Shown: positions 14,860-23,528, counted from the stretch's first letter. The stretch: 32,000 nucleotides of DNA from Candidatus Methanophagaceae archaeon (GCA_003194425.1 PQXB01000001.1:520444-552443); one strand, 5' to 3'. Notes: generated by a model from the letters alone, not told the origin. Translations and numbers: made by a program.

Positions 14860-15876
14860 TCATTCTTCTAATCTTTCAGAGAGGGCTTTTAGCGCCACCG
14901 TTCTCCACCCGACTTCAACCTCGTCAGGTCGGAAATTTGGCTTGACCGCGGACTTCTCAATCGGCGTCGTCTCACCGCTCTCAAACATCAGCAGCCCAAG
15001 ATAAGCAATCATCGCACCGTTGTCCTTCAAATACTTGGCGTCGGGAACAAAAAACCGCGCACCTCGGTCGCAGCACATCGTTTGCAGCATTCCCTGCAGC
15101 CTCTTGTTCGCGCCGACGCCGCCTGCCAGCAGCACCTCCTCCTTGCCGAGGTGAGCCACAGCACGCTCGGTTACCTCGGTGAGCATCGCAAACGCGGTCT
15201 CCTGAAACGAGTAGCAGACGTCCTCCTTTTCCTCGCCAACCTTTAGAGCGTCTTTGGCAGCAGTGACCAACCCGGAAAACGAGAGATCCATTCCCTTCAC
15301 CACGTACGGAAGGTGAATAAATTTAGTGCCGCGGGACGCGAGTTCCTCGACCTTCGGACCACCGGGGTGGCTCAGTCCGAGGTGGCGAGCGAACTTGTCA
15401 AGAGCGTTTCCGATTCCAATGTCCAGCGTCTCGCCCAAGACGCGGTACCTGCCAGCGCGGTACGCCAACACCTGCGAGTTCGCACCACTCACGTACAGCA
15501 CCACCGGGTCTTCCGCGCCGCACTGCCACCGCCCGATTTCAATGTGAGCGAGGCAGTGGTTGACGCCGACGAGCGGTATTTTTAGCGCAAGCGAGAGCGC
15601 TCTCGCTGCCGTTGCCACTGTTCTGAGGCAGGGACCCATTCCAGGACCCTGCGAGAACGCTACGGCGTCTATTTTGCTCAAAGATTTTAAAACCCGTGAG
15701 ACAACGCCTCTTAACTCCGCTGCGTGGTGCTGTGCTGCTTCTCTGGGGTGAATGCCGCCGTGTGCGGGCTTGTAGGTGGCTTCGGCTTCGTGAACTACTC
15801 GCTCTTCGTTGACGACCGCAGCACTGAGATTCCAGGCAGTTCCTTCAAGTCCTAAAATAAGCGACACTTTTTTCAA
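14860..15876 (-). CDS. kae1: tRNA N6-adenosine threonylcarbamoyltransferase Kae1 (no Bud32 fusion)
   Basis: ILGLEGTAWNLSAAVV, GGIHPREAAQHH, GPGMGPCLRTVATAAR, VGVNHCLAHIE and LLAGGVGANKRLQ. The track start is TTG (15876); an alternative GTG lies at 15867. Confidence 0.85.
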   Translation of the reverse strand: MKKVSLILGLEGTAWNLSAAVVNEERVVHEAEATYKPAHGGIHPREAAQHHAAELRGVVSRVLKSLSKIDAVAFSQGPGMGPCLRTVATAARALSLALKIPLVGVNHCLAHIEIGRWQCGAEDPVVLYVSGANSQVLAYRAGRYRVLGETLDIGIGNALDKFARHLGLSHPGGPKVEELASRGTKFIHLPYVVKGMDLSFSGLVTAAKDALKVGEEKEDVCYSFQETAFAMLTEVTERAVAHLGKEEVLLAGGVGANKRLQGMLQTMCCDRGARFFVPDAKYLKDNGAMIAYLGLLMFESGETTPIEKSAVKPNFRPDEVEVGWRTVALKALSERLEE

Positions 15877-15912
15877 AAATTTGAAATTAGAAAAATAAAA
15901 AAGAAGTAGAGT

Positions 15913-17613
15913 TTAAGTAGCGAACTCTACTCCTCCAACTTTTTTTGCTATTTCTTCTGCTACTTCTTTGGGTATTCCTTCTTTCTTCTCCCTCTCCCCC
16001 TCTCTCTTCCTCTCTGTCTTCGTCAGTTCCTGTTCTTGAGCCTGTTCCTGAGCCTGTTCCTGAGTGGAAGCAGTTGTTCTCGTTGGAACGAACTTCCAGT
16101 CTGCAGTGTCTTCGCAAATTGTCGCATACGGCGCCGTCGGCTCCAGCAGCGCAACGTACCACACAGCGTCGAATTCAAACGGAACCCAGTCTCCTACAGG
16201 AATAGAAACCTCGTACGCCTGGTCGAAGTTCGGCGGTAGTGTTAGCGGCGTAACCGAGATCTGCATCCAATCGAGGTACCAGACGAAATAAGTGTCCACG
16301 CTGCTTGCGGTTGGGTTCTTGAAGACAATGGTAGTGTTCAACGTGTCGCCGGGCGAATATTCGTACTTGTCCGTGTAGATTGTAATTATCGGTTCTGTTA
16401 GCTCCTCCCTCTCTAACTTCATGAGCCAGAAATCATAGGAACCGGCACCGTACGAGATTGTGTAGCCAGCAAGGATGTAGCCACCGTCTGCGGTCTGTTG
16501 GACTGAGTGTGCTTCGTCTTTGGAAGTTCCGCCAAAGGTCTTGTCCCATTGTAAGTTCCCCTCGAAATCCGTCTTCACGAGCCAAGCATCGTAAGAACCG
16601 GCACCGTACGAGTACGTGCGTCCAGCAAGGATAAAGCCGCCGTCCGCTGTCTGCTGCACTGAGTACGCCCCATCCCAACCAACCCCACCAAAGGTCTTGT
16701 CCCATTGTAAGTTCCCCTCGAAATCCGTCTTCACGAGCCAGAAATCGTAGGAACCGGCACCGTACGACCTCGTGTAGCCAGCGAGGATGAAGCCGCCGTC
16801 CGTTGTCTGCTGCACTGAACTTACCCAATCATCGTAGGAACCACCAAAGTTTCTGTCCCATTCCTTGTTCCCGTCGGCATCCGTCTTCACGAGCCAGAAA
16901 TCTTTGTCGCCAACACCAGACGAGTACGAGTACGTGTAGCCAGCAAGGATGTAGCCGCCGTCCGCTGTCTGCTGCACTGAGGTCGCGCCGTCACTTTTGG
17001 CGCCTCCAAATGTCTTGTCCCACTCTGCGGTTCCGTTCGCGTCCGTCTTCACGAGCCAGAAATCAGAGTCACCAGCCCCGTACGAAGTCGTAAGTCCAGC
17101 GAGGATGTAGCCGCCGTCCGCTGTCTGCTGGACCGACTCTGCCCAATCACTTCTGGCGCCACCAAATGTCTTGTCCCAGTCTGCGGTTCCGTTTGCGTCC
17201 GTCTTCACGAGCCAGAAATCAGAGTCACCAGCCCCGTACGAAGTCGTAAGTCCAGCGAGGATGTAGCCGCCGTCCGTTGTCTGCTGCACTGAGTTTGCCA
17301 CTTCTCTTGAAGTTCCACCAAATGTCTTGTCCCAGTCTGCGGTTCCGTTTGCGTCCGTCTTCACGAGCCAGAAATCAGAGTCACCAGCCCCGTACGAATC
17401 CGTAAATCCCGCGACGATGAAGCCGCCGTCCGTTGTCTGCTGCACTGAGTACGCCCAATCAATGCCAGCGCCTCCAAAAGTTTCCCTCCATTCCTCTGCA
17501 GGTGGTGTCGCCCCACTTGCGCTTGCGCATCCAACAACGGTTACGAGACCCAGCGTTGCGAATACGACTGCCGATAGAAATAGCCTCTCCTTCTTCCCTT
17601 CTCTTCTTCCCAT
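15913..17613 (-). CDS. Secreted or lipid-anchored protein with seven SBBP-type beta-propeller repeats, an Ig-like C-terminal domain and a charged tail
   Basis: Signal/lipobox-like LFLSAVVFATLGLVTVVGCASA, then seven ~52-aa repeats of W(D/R)xTFGGxxxDxAxSVQQTxDGG(Y/F)ILAGxTxSYGAGxxDFWLVKTDxxG. The track start at 17664 is TTG, so I prefer the ATG at 17613. Confidence 0.8.
   Translation of the reverse strand: MGRREGKKERLFLSAVVFATLGLVTVVGCASASGATPPAEEWRETFGGAGIDWAYSVQQTTDGGFIVAGFTDSYGAGDSDFWLVKTDANGTADWDKTFGGTSREVANSVQQTTDGGYILAGLTTSYGAGDSDFWLVKTDANGTADWDKTFGGARSDWAESVQQTADGGYILAGLTTSYGAGDSDFWLVKTDANGTAEWDKTFGGAKSDGATSVQQTADGGYILAGYTYSYSSGVGDKDFWLVKTDADGNKEWDRNFGGSYDDWVSSVQQTTDGGFILAGYTRSYGAGSYDFWLVKTDFEGNLQWDKTFGGVGWDGAYSVQQTADGGFILAGRTYSYGAGSYDAWLVKTDFEGNLQWDKTFGGTSKDEAHSVQQTADGGYILAGYTISYGAGSYDFWLMKLEREELTEPIITIYTDKYEYSPGDTLNTTIVFKNPTASSVDTYFVWYLDWMQISVTPLTLPPNFDQAYEVSIPVGDWVPFEFDAVWYVALLEPTAPYATICEDTADWKFVPTRTTASTQEQAQEQAQEQELTKTERKREGEREKKEGIPKEVAEEIAKKVGGVEFAT
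16029..16064. repeat. 12-nt in-frame tandem repeat (cctgttc[t/c]tgag x3) near the 3' end of the SBBP gene
   Basis: Direct reading; encodes (QEQA)x3 on the minus strand. Confidence 0.9.
16414..17490. repeat. Seven tandem ~156-nt coding repeats (propeller blades), some nearly identical at the DNA level
   Basis: Long stretches such as cgtccgtcttcacgagccagaaatcagagtcaccagccccgtacgaagtcgtaagtccagcgaggatgtagccgccgtccg recur at about 17041, 17199 and (partially) 17350. Confidence 0.85.
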
Positions 17614-17688
17614 TTTCTGGTTCTTCCCTTTCTTCCCTCTCTTTCGGTTTTCATTTACATTCAAAACCTAAATTTTTATTTGGTTCTC

Positions 17689-17701
17689 CTACTATAAAAA
17701 G
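17689..17701 (+). promoter_or_regulatory. Putative TATA box for the PIN-domain gene
   Basis: ctactataaaaag lies about 26-38 nt upstream of the ATG at 17727 in an AT-rich divergent spacer. Position and composition are the only evidence. Confidence 0.3.
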
Positions 17702-17726
17702 TCTTGAATTAAATGAAGTTGAGAAT

Positions 17727-18257
17727 ATGCCAAAAAAGGAAGTGATCGTAGACACGAATGCACTGCTACTACCTGGTGAATTTGGGATTGACATTTTTGA
17801 AGAGCTGGCGCGGCTTGGCTACGAGCGTGCTGTCGTGCCGAGGGCGGTTTTGAACGAGCTGGACAGGCTCAGGCAACACCCGCGTTTGAAAGGCAGCGAG
17901 AGGAGAGCGGCAAGTCTCGGCTTCTCTTTGGTTCTTGAGTACGTGCGTGCGTTTGCGTCGTCTGCGTCGTCTGCGTCGACAGGCAGCAGCAGCGGTGGGA
18001 GAGGGTGCACGGTGACGATAAAAGAGATAAATGAAAATGAAGAGGAGGAAGAGGAGAGGGAGAGGGAGAGGGAGAGGGAAAGGGAAAGGGAAAGGGAGAG
18101 AGTGAGTGAGACCGACGCGTTGATTCTGGAGTTGGCGTTGAAGAGGAGAGCAGCGGTGCTGACAAACGACGCGGAGTTGAGAAGGGAATTGTCAGAGGCA
18201 GGGGTAGCGACGGTGTATTTGAGAGGGCGGAGTAGGTTGGAGGAGAGGAGTAGGTAA
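17727..18257 (+). CDS. PIN-domain protein (archaeal Fcf1/Utp24-like, COG1412-type)
   Basis: MPKKEVIVDTNALLLP...AVVPRAVLNELDRL...ETDALILELALKRRAAVLTNDAELRREL carries PIN acidic residues in the expected order. The first 98 codons of the track ORF (17433-17726) overlap the SBBP gene and are rejected. Confidence 0.7.
   Translation: MPKKEVIVDTNALLLPGEFGIDIFEELARLGYERAVVPRAVLNELDRLRQHPRLKGSERRAASLGFSLVLEYVRAFASSASSASTGSSSGGRGCTVTIKEINENEEEEEERERERERERERERERVSETDALILELALKRRAAVLTNDAELRRELSEAGVATVYLRGRSRLEERSR
18041..18110. repeat. 6-nt purine-only in-frame repeat (gag[a/g]gg / gaaagg) in the PIN gene
   Basis: Direct reading; encodes EEEEEE(ER)x10. Confidence 0.9.
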
Positions 18258-18262
18258 ACAAA

Positions 18263-19471
18263 ATGAAACTTTTTCGCAGGCTTATTTCGTTGGACGAGGC
18301 ATTAAAGACGGTTTTGACTTACGCGAAGGGGCGAGAGACGAGAGTGGAAGAGGTCGCATTTGAGGAGGCTTTGAACCGGGTCTTGGCAGAGGACGTGCGT
18401 TCGCCAGTAGACAGCCCGCCCTTCGACCGTGCCGCGATGGACGGGTACGCGATCCGCGGCGAAGACTCGTTCGGCGCTTCTCCGAGCAGTCCGGTGTTTT
18501 TAAGTGAATATTTTCCAATTCAAACAGGGCAGCCGATGCCTGCGGACGGGCGCAGCAACGCGGTCGTTATGCTTGAGTTTGCAAAGGAAAGCGAGGTCGG
18601 GGACGGAGGAGGGGAGAAGCTGGAGATTTTCAAACCAGTCACACCAGGCAGAAATGTCTCTCTTAAGGGCGAGGATGTAAAGAAGGGAGAGGTGGTGCTG
18701 AAAGCTGGTCGGCGGCTGCTGCGGGCTCACGACATCGGAATGCTTGCGTCGGTCTTTAAACGCACGGTGCGGGTGCGTAAGAAGGCTAAGGTTGGGATAA
18801 TTTCTACGGGCGACGAACTCTCAGACCCGAAGCAACCACGGAACGAAAATAAAATCGCGGACGCAAACAGTTTTGTCCTTACGGCACTGACGCAGAAAAT
18901 TGCGAACCCGTGTAGGCTTGGAATTGTAAGAGACGACCGCGTTGAAATAAAGGACGCGATAAAACAGGGTTTAGAAGAGTGCGACGGGTTGCTGGTGAGC
19001 GGTGGCAGTTCGGTTGGCAGACGCGATTTTTTAGCCGACGCAGTAACGGACTTGGGAGAACTCGTCTTTCACGGCGTTGCGATTCGACCCGGCGAACCGA
19101 CAGGCTTCGGCGTCGTCGACGAGAAGCCTGTTTTTGTTCTGCCCGGTTTTCCTGTAGCCACAATCTCCGCCTTTGAACTGCTTGTTCGCCCGTTCTTGAA
19201 CGCGTTGCACGGGCTTGGGGTGAAGGAGACCCGTAGAGTGACCTACGCAGTAGCAGCCAAGAAAATTCCCTCGGCTGTCGGCAGAACCGATTTCGTCCGT
19301 GTGCGGCTGTTCTGCGCGGAGAACGAGAAGAGGTGCTACGCAGAGCCTGTGCGGGTGAGTGGCTCGGGAATTCTCTCCAGCGTTACGAAATCTGACGGGT
19401 TCGTGCTGGTCGAGGAGAACAGCGAGGGTGTAGAGGCGGGGGGGAAGGTTAGTGTGAATTTGTGGGAGTAG
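18263..19471 (+). CDS. moeA: Molybdopterin molybdenumtransferase MoeA
   Basis: ISLDEALKTVL..., SPPFDRAAMDGYAIRGED, IISTGDEL, LLVSGGSSVGRRDF, GVAIRPGEPT and LPGFPVA. Confidence 0.85.
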   Translation: MKLFRRLISLDEALKTVLTYAKGRETRVEEVAFEEALNRVLAEDVRSPVDSPPFDRAAMDGYAIRGEDSFGASPSSPVFLSEYFPIQTGQPMPADGRSNAVVMLEFAKESEVGDGGGEKLEIFKPVTPGRNVSLKGEDVKKGEVVLKAGRRLLRAHDIGMLASVFKRTVRVRKKAKVGIISTGDELSDPKQPRNENKIADANSFVLTALTQKIANPCRLGIVRDDRVEIKDAIKQGLEECDGLLVSGGSSVGRRDFLADAVTDLGELVFHGVAIRPGEPTGFGVVDEKPVFVLPGFPVATISAFELLVRPFLNALHGLGVKETRRVTYAVAAKKIPSAVGRTDFVRVRLFCAENEKRCYAEPVRVSGSGILSSVTKSDGFVLVEENSEGVEAGGKVSVNLWE

Positions 19472-19479
19472 AAGGGGGT

Positions 19480-19809
19480 GTAAGAAAAATCTTACGAAAG
19501 TTTTATTCCTTTCAACGCCGCTCTTACGAGCCCTATTTCTTCTTTTCTCTAAGCGACCTCGCAGTTTGTGTGGCAGAACACATCCCTCGAACTCGTCAGA
19601 AAATATCATCAAATCCCAGTCGCTCTCCTCCAAAAACTCCTGCTCCTACCCCGCCCGCGAGCCAAAAAGAAAAGCGGCTTTAGTGCCTTCTCCGCAGCCT
19701 GCTCGGAGAAGAACACCGAGGCGTAATATTTTTCCACCTCTAACAGCTTCTCTGCGGTGTCAAAATCCTCTAACGCCTGCTCCCACAACCTTGAAACTTC
19801 TTTTCTCAT
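19480..19809 (-). pseudogene. Decayed HEPN-domain gene (frameshift plus an in-frame stop)
   Basis: The 66-aa ORF starts MRKEVSRLWEQALEDFDTAEKLLEVEKYYASVFFSEQAAEKALK, the first two HEPN helices. It then loses the frame. A second frame carries ...LRGRLEKRRNRAR..., reminiscent of the HEPN C-terminal R/N motif, after a TAG. Confidence 0.45.
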
Positions 19810-19865
19810 CGTCTGTTGTATGTCTTTGAAGTATTAAAATGAATTTAAGAAAGGGGTGAAGAGGA

Positions 19866-19889
19866 ATGGTAAAAAAAATGGTAAAAAAA
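19866..19889. repeat. 12-nt tandem duplication of the aroE start (atggtaaaaaaa x2)
   Basis: Direct reading; gives MVKK-MVKK-IYGIIGDP. Confidence 0.95.
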
Positions 19890-20771
19890 ATCTACGGAAT
19901 TATCGGCGACCCGGTGGCACACAGCCTCTCACCAGTTATGCAGAACGCTGCCTTTGAGGAACTCGGAATGAGCGAGGGAAAAGAGGCAGCGGTTTACCTC
20001 GCTTTTCGGGTCTCAAGAGACGAGCTCGGCGACGCGCTAAGAGGAGCGAAGAGCCTCGGGTTTTCGGGTCTCAATGTCACAATTCCGCTGAAGGAGAAGG
20101 CACTCTCGTTCGTGGACGCCGAGGAGGTGGCGAAAAAAATCGGTGCGGTAAACACGATTGACTTCGGTGGTGGCGTTGTTGGTGGTGCTGCTCGCGGTCG
20201 AGGCTACAACACCGACGGAATTGGGGCGAAGCGGGTGCTGGAAGAGGAAGAGGGGGTTGGCGAAATAAAAGGCAAGAGAGTGCTGATTCTCGGTGCTGGC
20301 GGTGCTGCGAGGGCGATTTCGTTCTACCTCGCTGCCGCAGGCGGTGAGGTGACGATCGCGAACAGGACGAGGGAGAGAGCCGCAGAGTTGGCTTCTAACC
20401 TAAATCTGAACCTTCGTAACGCCCGTGCTCGTGCTCTTGGATTGGGCAGCACAGCAGAGTTAAAAAAGCAGCTCAAAGAGGCGGACATTCTGATAAACGC
20501 GACTTCGGTGGGAATGTCTCCGAACGAGAACGCCACGCTGGTAACTGCGGAAATGATGCACTCCGACCTCGCTGTCTTCGACATTGTCTACAACCCGCTG
20601 CAGACGAGGCTGCTGAAAGAAGCGAACCTTGCGGGTGTGAAAACGGTGGTAGACGGCGTGAAAATGCTCGTCTACCAGGGTGCTGCCTCGTTCAGAATTT
20701 GGACAGGGCAGGAGCCGCCGGTGGAGGTGATGGAAAATGCGGTTCGGAACGCTTTGGAGAGGAGGACTTAA
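19866..20771 (+). CDS. aroE: Shikimate dehydrogenase
   Basis: IYGIIGDPVAHSLSPVMQNAAF, GLNVTIPLKE, GYNTDGIG, ILGAGGAARA, ANRT and DIVYNPLQT. Confidence 0.85.
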   Translation: MVKKMVKKIYGIIGDPVAHSLSPVMQNAAFEELGMSEGKEAAVYLAFRVSRDELGDALRGAKSLGFSGLNVTIPLKEKALSFVDAEEVAKKIGAVNTIDFGGGVVGGAARGRGYNTDGIGAKRVLEEEEGVGEIKGKRVLILGAGGAARAISFYLAAAGGEVTIANRTRERAAELASNLNLNLRNARARALGLGSTAELKKQLKEADILINATSVGMSPNENATLVTAEMMHSDLAVFDIVYNPLQTRLLKEANLAGVKTVVDGVKMLVYQGAASFRIWTGQEPPVEVMENAVRNALERRT

Positions 20772-20799
20772 AATTACTGCACAGCCTAGCCTACTGCAC

Positions 20800-22392
20800 C
20801 TACTGCACCAGCCTGTTCACGGCGTTGATGAACGCCTCTACCGACGCCATCACAATATCCTCTCGCACGCCCCTCGCGGTTACCACTCTTCCCCCCCCTT
20901 CTTTTCCTCCTCTTTCTTTTCCTCCTCTTTCTTTTCCTCCTCTTTCTTTTCCTCCTCCTTCTCCTCTCTCTCCTCCTTTCTCCACGCCCACGATTACCTC
21001 TGCAAGCGCGTCAGAACCGCCAGTTATCGCTTCTATTCGAAACTCCTTAAGTTCAATGCCGCCGTCGATTTCGTCGCCGATTATTTCTTGAACCGCTTTC
21101 AACGCAGCGTCCACGGGACCAACGCCCATTTTCGCACTCGTGCACTCCTTACCCCGCACCACAGCCCTCAGCGACGCGGTCGCGGTCAGGTTGTTCCCGG
21201 TCATCACCGAGAGTTCTTTTAGCGTTACCACTCGCTCGTGCCCCGAGACCTCGCCGGTTACGACCTCCGCGATCGAAAACAGGTCGTCGTCGGTGACTCT
21301 TTTACCGCTCGCACCGAGTTCCTTCACCCGCTCTAAAATCTCGTCCACCTGCTCCCTCGACGCAGAGAGCCCGATTTCCGAGAGCTTCTTCACAACCGAG
21401 TGCCTGCCGGTGTGCTTGCCGAGCACGATTCGTCGCCTGTGCCCCACCATTTCTGGCGTTACAATTCCGGGCTCAAAAGTCTCGCTCTTCTCGATTACGC
21501 CGTGTGCGTGAATTCCTGACTCGTGAGAGAAAGCGTTCTCACCGACGAGGGGTCGTGTTGCAGGGATTTGGATGCCCGTGAACCGCTCAACGAGCTTCGC
21601 AGTCTCGAACAAGAACTCGGTCTTTATCTTCGTCCTCAGCCCGTAAGCCGAGTAAATCGAATTCAAACTCATCACGGTCTCAACGAGGTCAGCGTTCCCC
21701 GCCCTTTCCCCCAGCCCGTTCACCGAGACCTGAACCTCCGAAGCGCCCGCTTTCACCGCTGCGAGGCTGTTCGCGACTGCGAGTCCGAAGTCGTTGTGGC
21801 AGTGAATGCTGACCGGCACCCGCACGGCACGGCAGACCGCAGCCACGAGTTCGTGCATCGCAAACGGCTCACTCACGCCCACCGTGTCCGGAACATTTAG
21901 AATGTCCGCGCCCGCTTCTTCCGCGGTCTTGAAGAGGTCAAGCAGGAAGTCCAGTCTCGTCCGCGTCGCGTCCATCGCCGAGAACATGCAGGCAAGACCG
22001 TGCTCCTTCACATATCTCGTCATTTCGTACGCCTGCGTCTTCACCTCCGCCTCGCTCATTTTTGTGGTGTGCTTGCGCTGAATCGCAGAGGAGGAGACGA
22101 AAATATGAATTAGGTCTACGCCGCAGTCAATGCAAGCGTCAATGTCCTTCTGCAGAACCCTCGCCAGCCCGCAGATCTTTGCCGAGAGCCCGTCGCTGCA
22201 AATCGCCTGCACCTCCTCGCGCTCGTCCTTTGAACTGATTGGAAATCCTGCTTCAATTATGTCGACGCCGAGTTTGTCCAACTGCCTTGCAATCGCTCTT
22301 TTCTGCTCGTGGCTGAACGAGATGCCCGGCGTCTGCTCGCCGTCCCGCAGCGTCGTGTCAAAGACCTCTACTATCCTCTCCGTTTTACGCAT
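20800..22392 (-). CDS. 2-isopropylmalate synthase / (R)-citramalate synthase family enzyme with a C-terminal LeuA-dimer regulatory domain
   Basis: VFDTTLRDGEQTPGISF, HCHNDFGLAVANSLAAVKAGA, SHESGIHAHG, and a C-terminal regulatory domain. I cannot distinguish LeuA from CimA by eye. Confidence 0.8.
   Translation of the reverse strand: MRKTERIVEVFDTTLRDGEQTPGISFSHEQKRAIARQLDKLGVDIIEAGFPISSKDEREEVQAICSDGLSAKICGLARVLQKDIDACIDCGVDLIHIFVSSSAIQRKHTTKMSEAEVKTQAYEMTRYVKEHGLACMFSAMDATRTRLDFLLDLFKTAEEAGADILNVPDTVGVSEPFAMHELVAAVCRAVRVPVSIHCHNDFGLAVANSLAAVKAGASEVQVSVNGLGERAGNADLVETVMSLNSIYSAYGLRTKIKTEFLFETAKLVERFTGIQIPATRPLVGENAFSHESGIHAHGVIEKSETFEPGIVTPEMVGHRRRIVLGKHTGRHSVVKKLSEIGLSASREQVDEILERVKELGASGKRVTDDDLFSIAEVVTGEVSGHERVVTLKELSVMTGNNLTATASLRAVVRGKECTSAKMGVGPVDAALKAVQEIIGDEIDGGIELKEFRIEAITGGSDALAEVIVGVEKGGERGEGGGKERGGKERGGKERGGKEGGGRVVTARGVREDIVMASVEAFINAVNRLVQ
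20901..20960. repeat. 15-nt in-frame tandem repeat (cttttcctcctcttt x3-4) in the leuA/cimA-family gene
   Basis: Direct reading; encodes (KERGG)x3 within a 31-residue G/E/R/K insertion (20890-20982). Confidence 0.9.
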
Positions 22393-22516
22393 TTTTCCGT
22401 CCCTTTCACTTTAGAAAACAAAAGAATAAAAAAATAAAAGCGGTGAAGACTTTGAGGTGCTCTGCTCGGAACGACCGTCGGTTGCAGATTCTCCGCACCG
22501 TCTCGGTCTCTTTCTT

Positions 22517-22595
22517 TCTCTGACTCTCTCTCGGTTTCTCTCTGACTCTCTCGGTTTCTCTCTGACTCTCTCGGTCTCTCTCGGTCTCTCTCGCC
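22517..22595. repeat. ~20-nt pyrimidine-rich tandem repeat (tctctgactctctcggtttc-like x3, then tctctcggtc x2)
   Basis: Direct reading; lies in the 3' tail of the FwdA-like remnant. Confidence 0.85.
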
Positions 22596-22793
22596 TTAGT
22601 CTTCGGCACGAAAAAAAAAGACCTCTTCTTTGCACTGCCCGCACTTTTACACAGCCTGCCTGCACGGACTACAACCTCGCCAGATTTCAAGAGCCACTCG
22701 CAACAGCCCAGCCGCCTCTCTAACTCTGCTCTCCCTGTTTTTTCGTCGAGGTCGTAGACTGCAATGTCCGCGTCCGCACCAACGCCCAGGTGT

Positions 22794-22850
22794 CCCTTGC
22801 CTTTGTCGTTGCCGTTGCCTTTGCCTTTGCCTTTGCCTTTGCCGTTGTTC
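22794..22850. repeat. 6-nt repeat (gccttt/gccgtt x9) in the FwdA-like remnant
   Basis: Direct reading; encodes NNGKGKGKGKGNGNDKGKG on the minus strand. Confidence 0.9.
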
Positions 22851-22889
22851 TGATGCAGCAAGCCGAGCTGCCTCGCAGGGTTCGTTCTT

Positions 22890-23528
22890 ATGAGTTGTGC
22901 GACAAATAGTAAGAAAAAAATGAAGTGTGCAAAGTGCGAGAAAAAGGCGTGTTACGCGGGCAAAGACTGCACCGAGGCTGAAATTGGCGAGGCGGTCAAA
23001 AGTGCTTACAAGGAAGACGCCGAGGCTCTCAAGGGGTTGCAGGTCTCAACGCGGATTGAAGCACGCTACTATATGAAAAAGACGCGTGTAGAGGAGTTAA
23101 TTTTGTATGCGGAAGAGATGGGCTACGGGAAATTGGGGGTCGCGTTCTGCATCGGGCTGCAGGAGGAGGCGGCAGCGTTGTGCCAGATTCTGGCTCGGCA
23201 CTTCGCGGTGTCTTCGGTGTGCTGCAAAGTCTGTGGAATAGACAAGACCTATTTCGGGCTGGAGCGGCTTCACGAGGCTGAAGCTGGCGAGACAAAAGCA
23301 AAAGCAGAAGTAGAAGTAGAGGCAATGTGCAATCCAATAGGGCAGGCGAGGGTCTTGAACGACGAGAAGACGGACTTAAACATCATCTTGGGTTTGTGCA
23401 TCGGACACGACATTCTATTTACAAAACACTCCGATGCGCCGGTGACTACGTTCGCGGTAAAAGACCGCGTCCTTGCCCACAATCCACTGGGTGCGCTGTA
23501 TTCGGGCTACTATCGGAAGAGGATTTAA
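22890..23528 (+). CDS. DUF1847-family metal-binding protein
   Basis: N-terminal CAKCEKKACYAGKDC and C-terminal CNPIGQARVLNDEKTDLNIILGLCIGHDILFTKHSDAPVTTFAVKDRVLAHNPLGALY. An alternative ATG at 22920 gives MKCAKC.... Confidence 0.75.
   Translation: MSCATNSKKKMKCAKCEKKACYAGKDCTEAEIGEAVKSAYKEDAEALKGLQVSTRIEARYYMKKTRVEELILYAEEMGYGKLGVAFCIGLQEEAAALCQILARHFAVSSVCCKVCGIDKTYFGLERLHEAEAGETKAKAEVEVEAMCNPIGQARVLNDEKTDLNIILGLCIGHDILFTKHSDAPVTTFAVKDRVLAHNPLGALYSGYYRKRI

Larger units (their letters stand above)
22406..22900 (-). pseudogene. C-terminal remnant of a formylmethanofuran dehydrogenase subunit A-like amidohydrolase
   Basis: Minus-strand reading gives ...VAQLIRTNPARQLGLL-[GK repeat]-KGHLGVGADADIAVYDLD...LLKSGEVVVRAGRL. 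This matches only the last ~80 residues of FwdA/FmdA-type amidohydrolases. An upstream in-frame TAA lies at about 22952-22954, and no N-terminal catalytic part exists. The 5' end overlaps the DUF1847 gene on the other strand. Confidence 0.45.

Noticed and set aside
16414-17490. A regularly spaced DNA repeat array, considered as a possible CRISPR
   Set aside because: The period is about 156 nt with no unique spacers. The whole array is one open reading frame encoding propeller blades, and no cas genes are nearby.
17433-17726. The N-terminal 98 codons of the track ORF 17433-18257
   Set aside because: This part overlaps the SBBP gene start on the other strand and is P/S/L-rich. The PIN-domain homology starts at the ATG at 17727, which has a TATA-like element upstream.
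19585-19615. A box C/D sRNA-like string on the minus strand (tgatga ... ctga)
   Set aside because: The spacing between the C-like and D-like boxes is only 6 nt, whereas about 12 nt are needed for a guide. No second C'/D pair and no terminal stem are present. The string lies inside the HEPN remnant.
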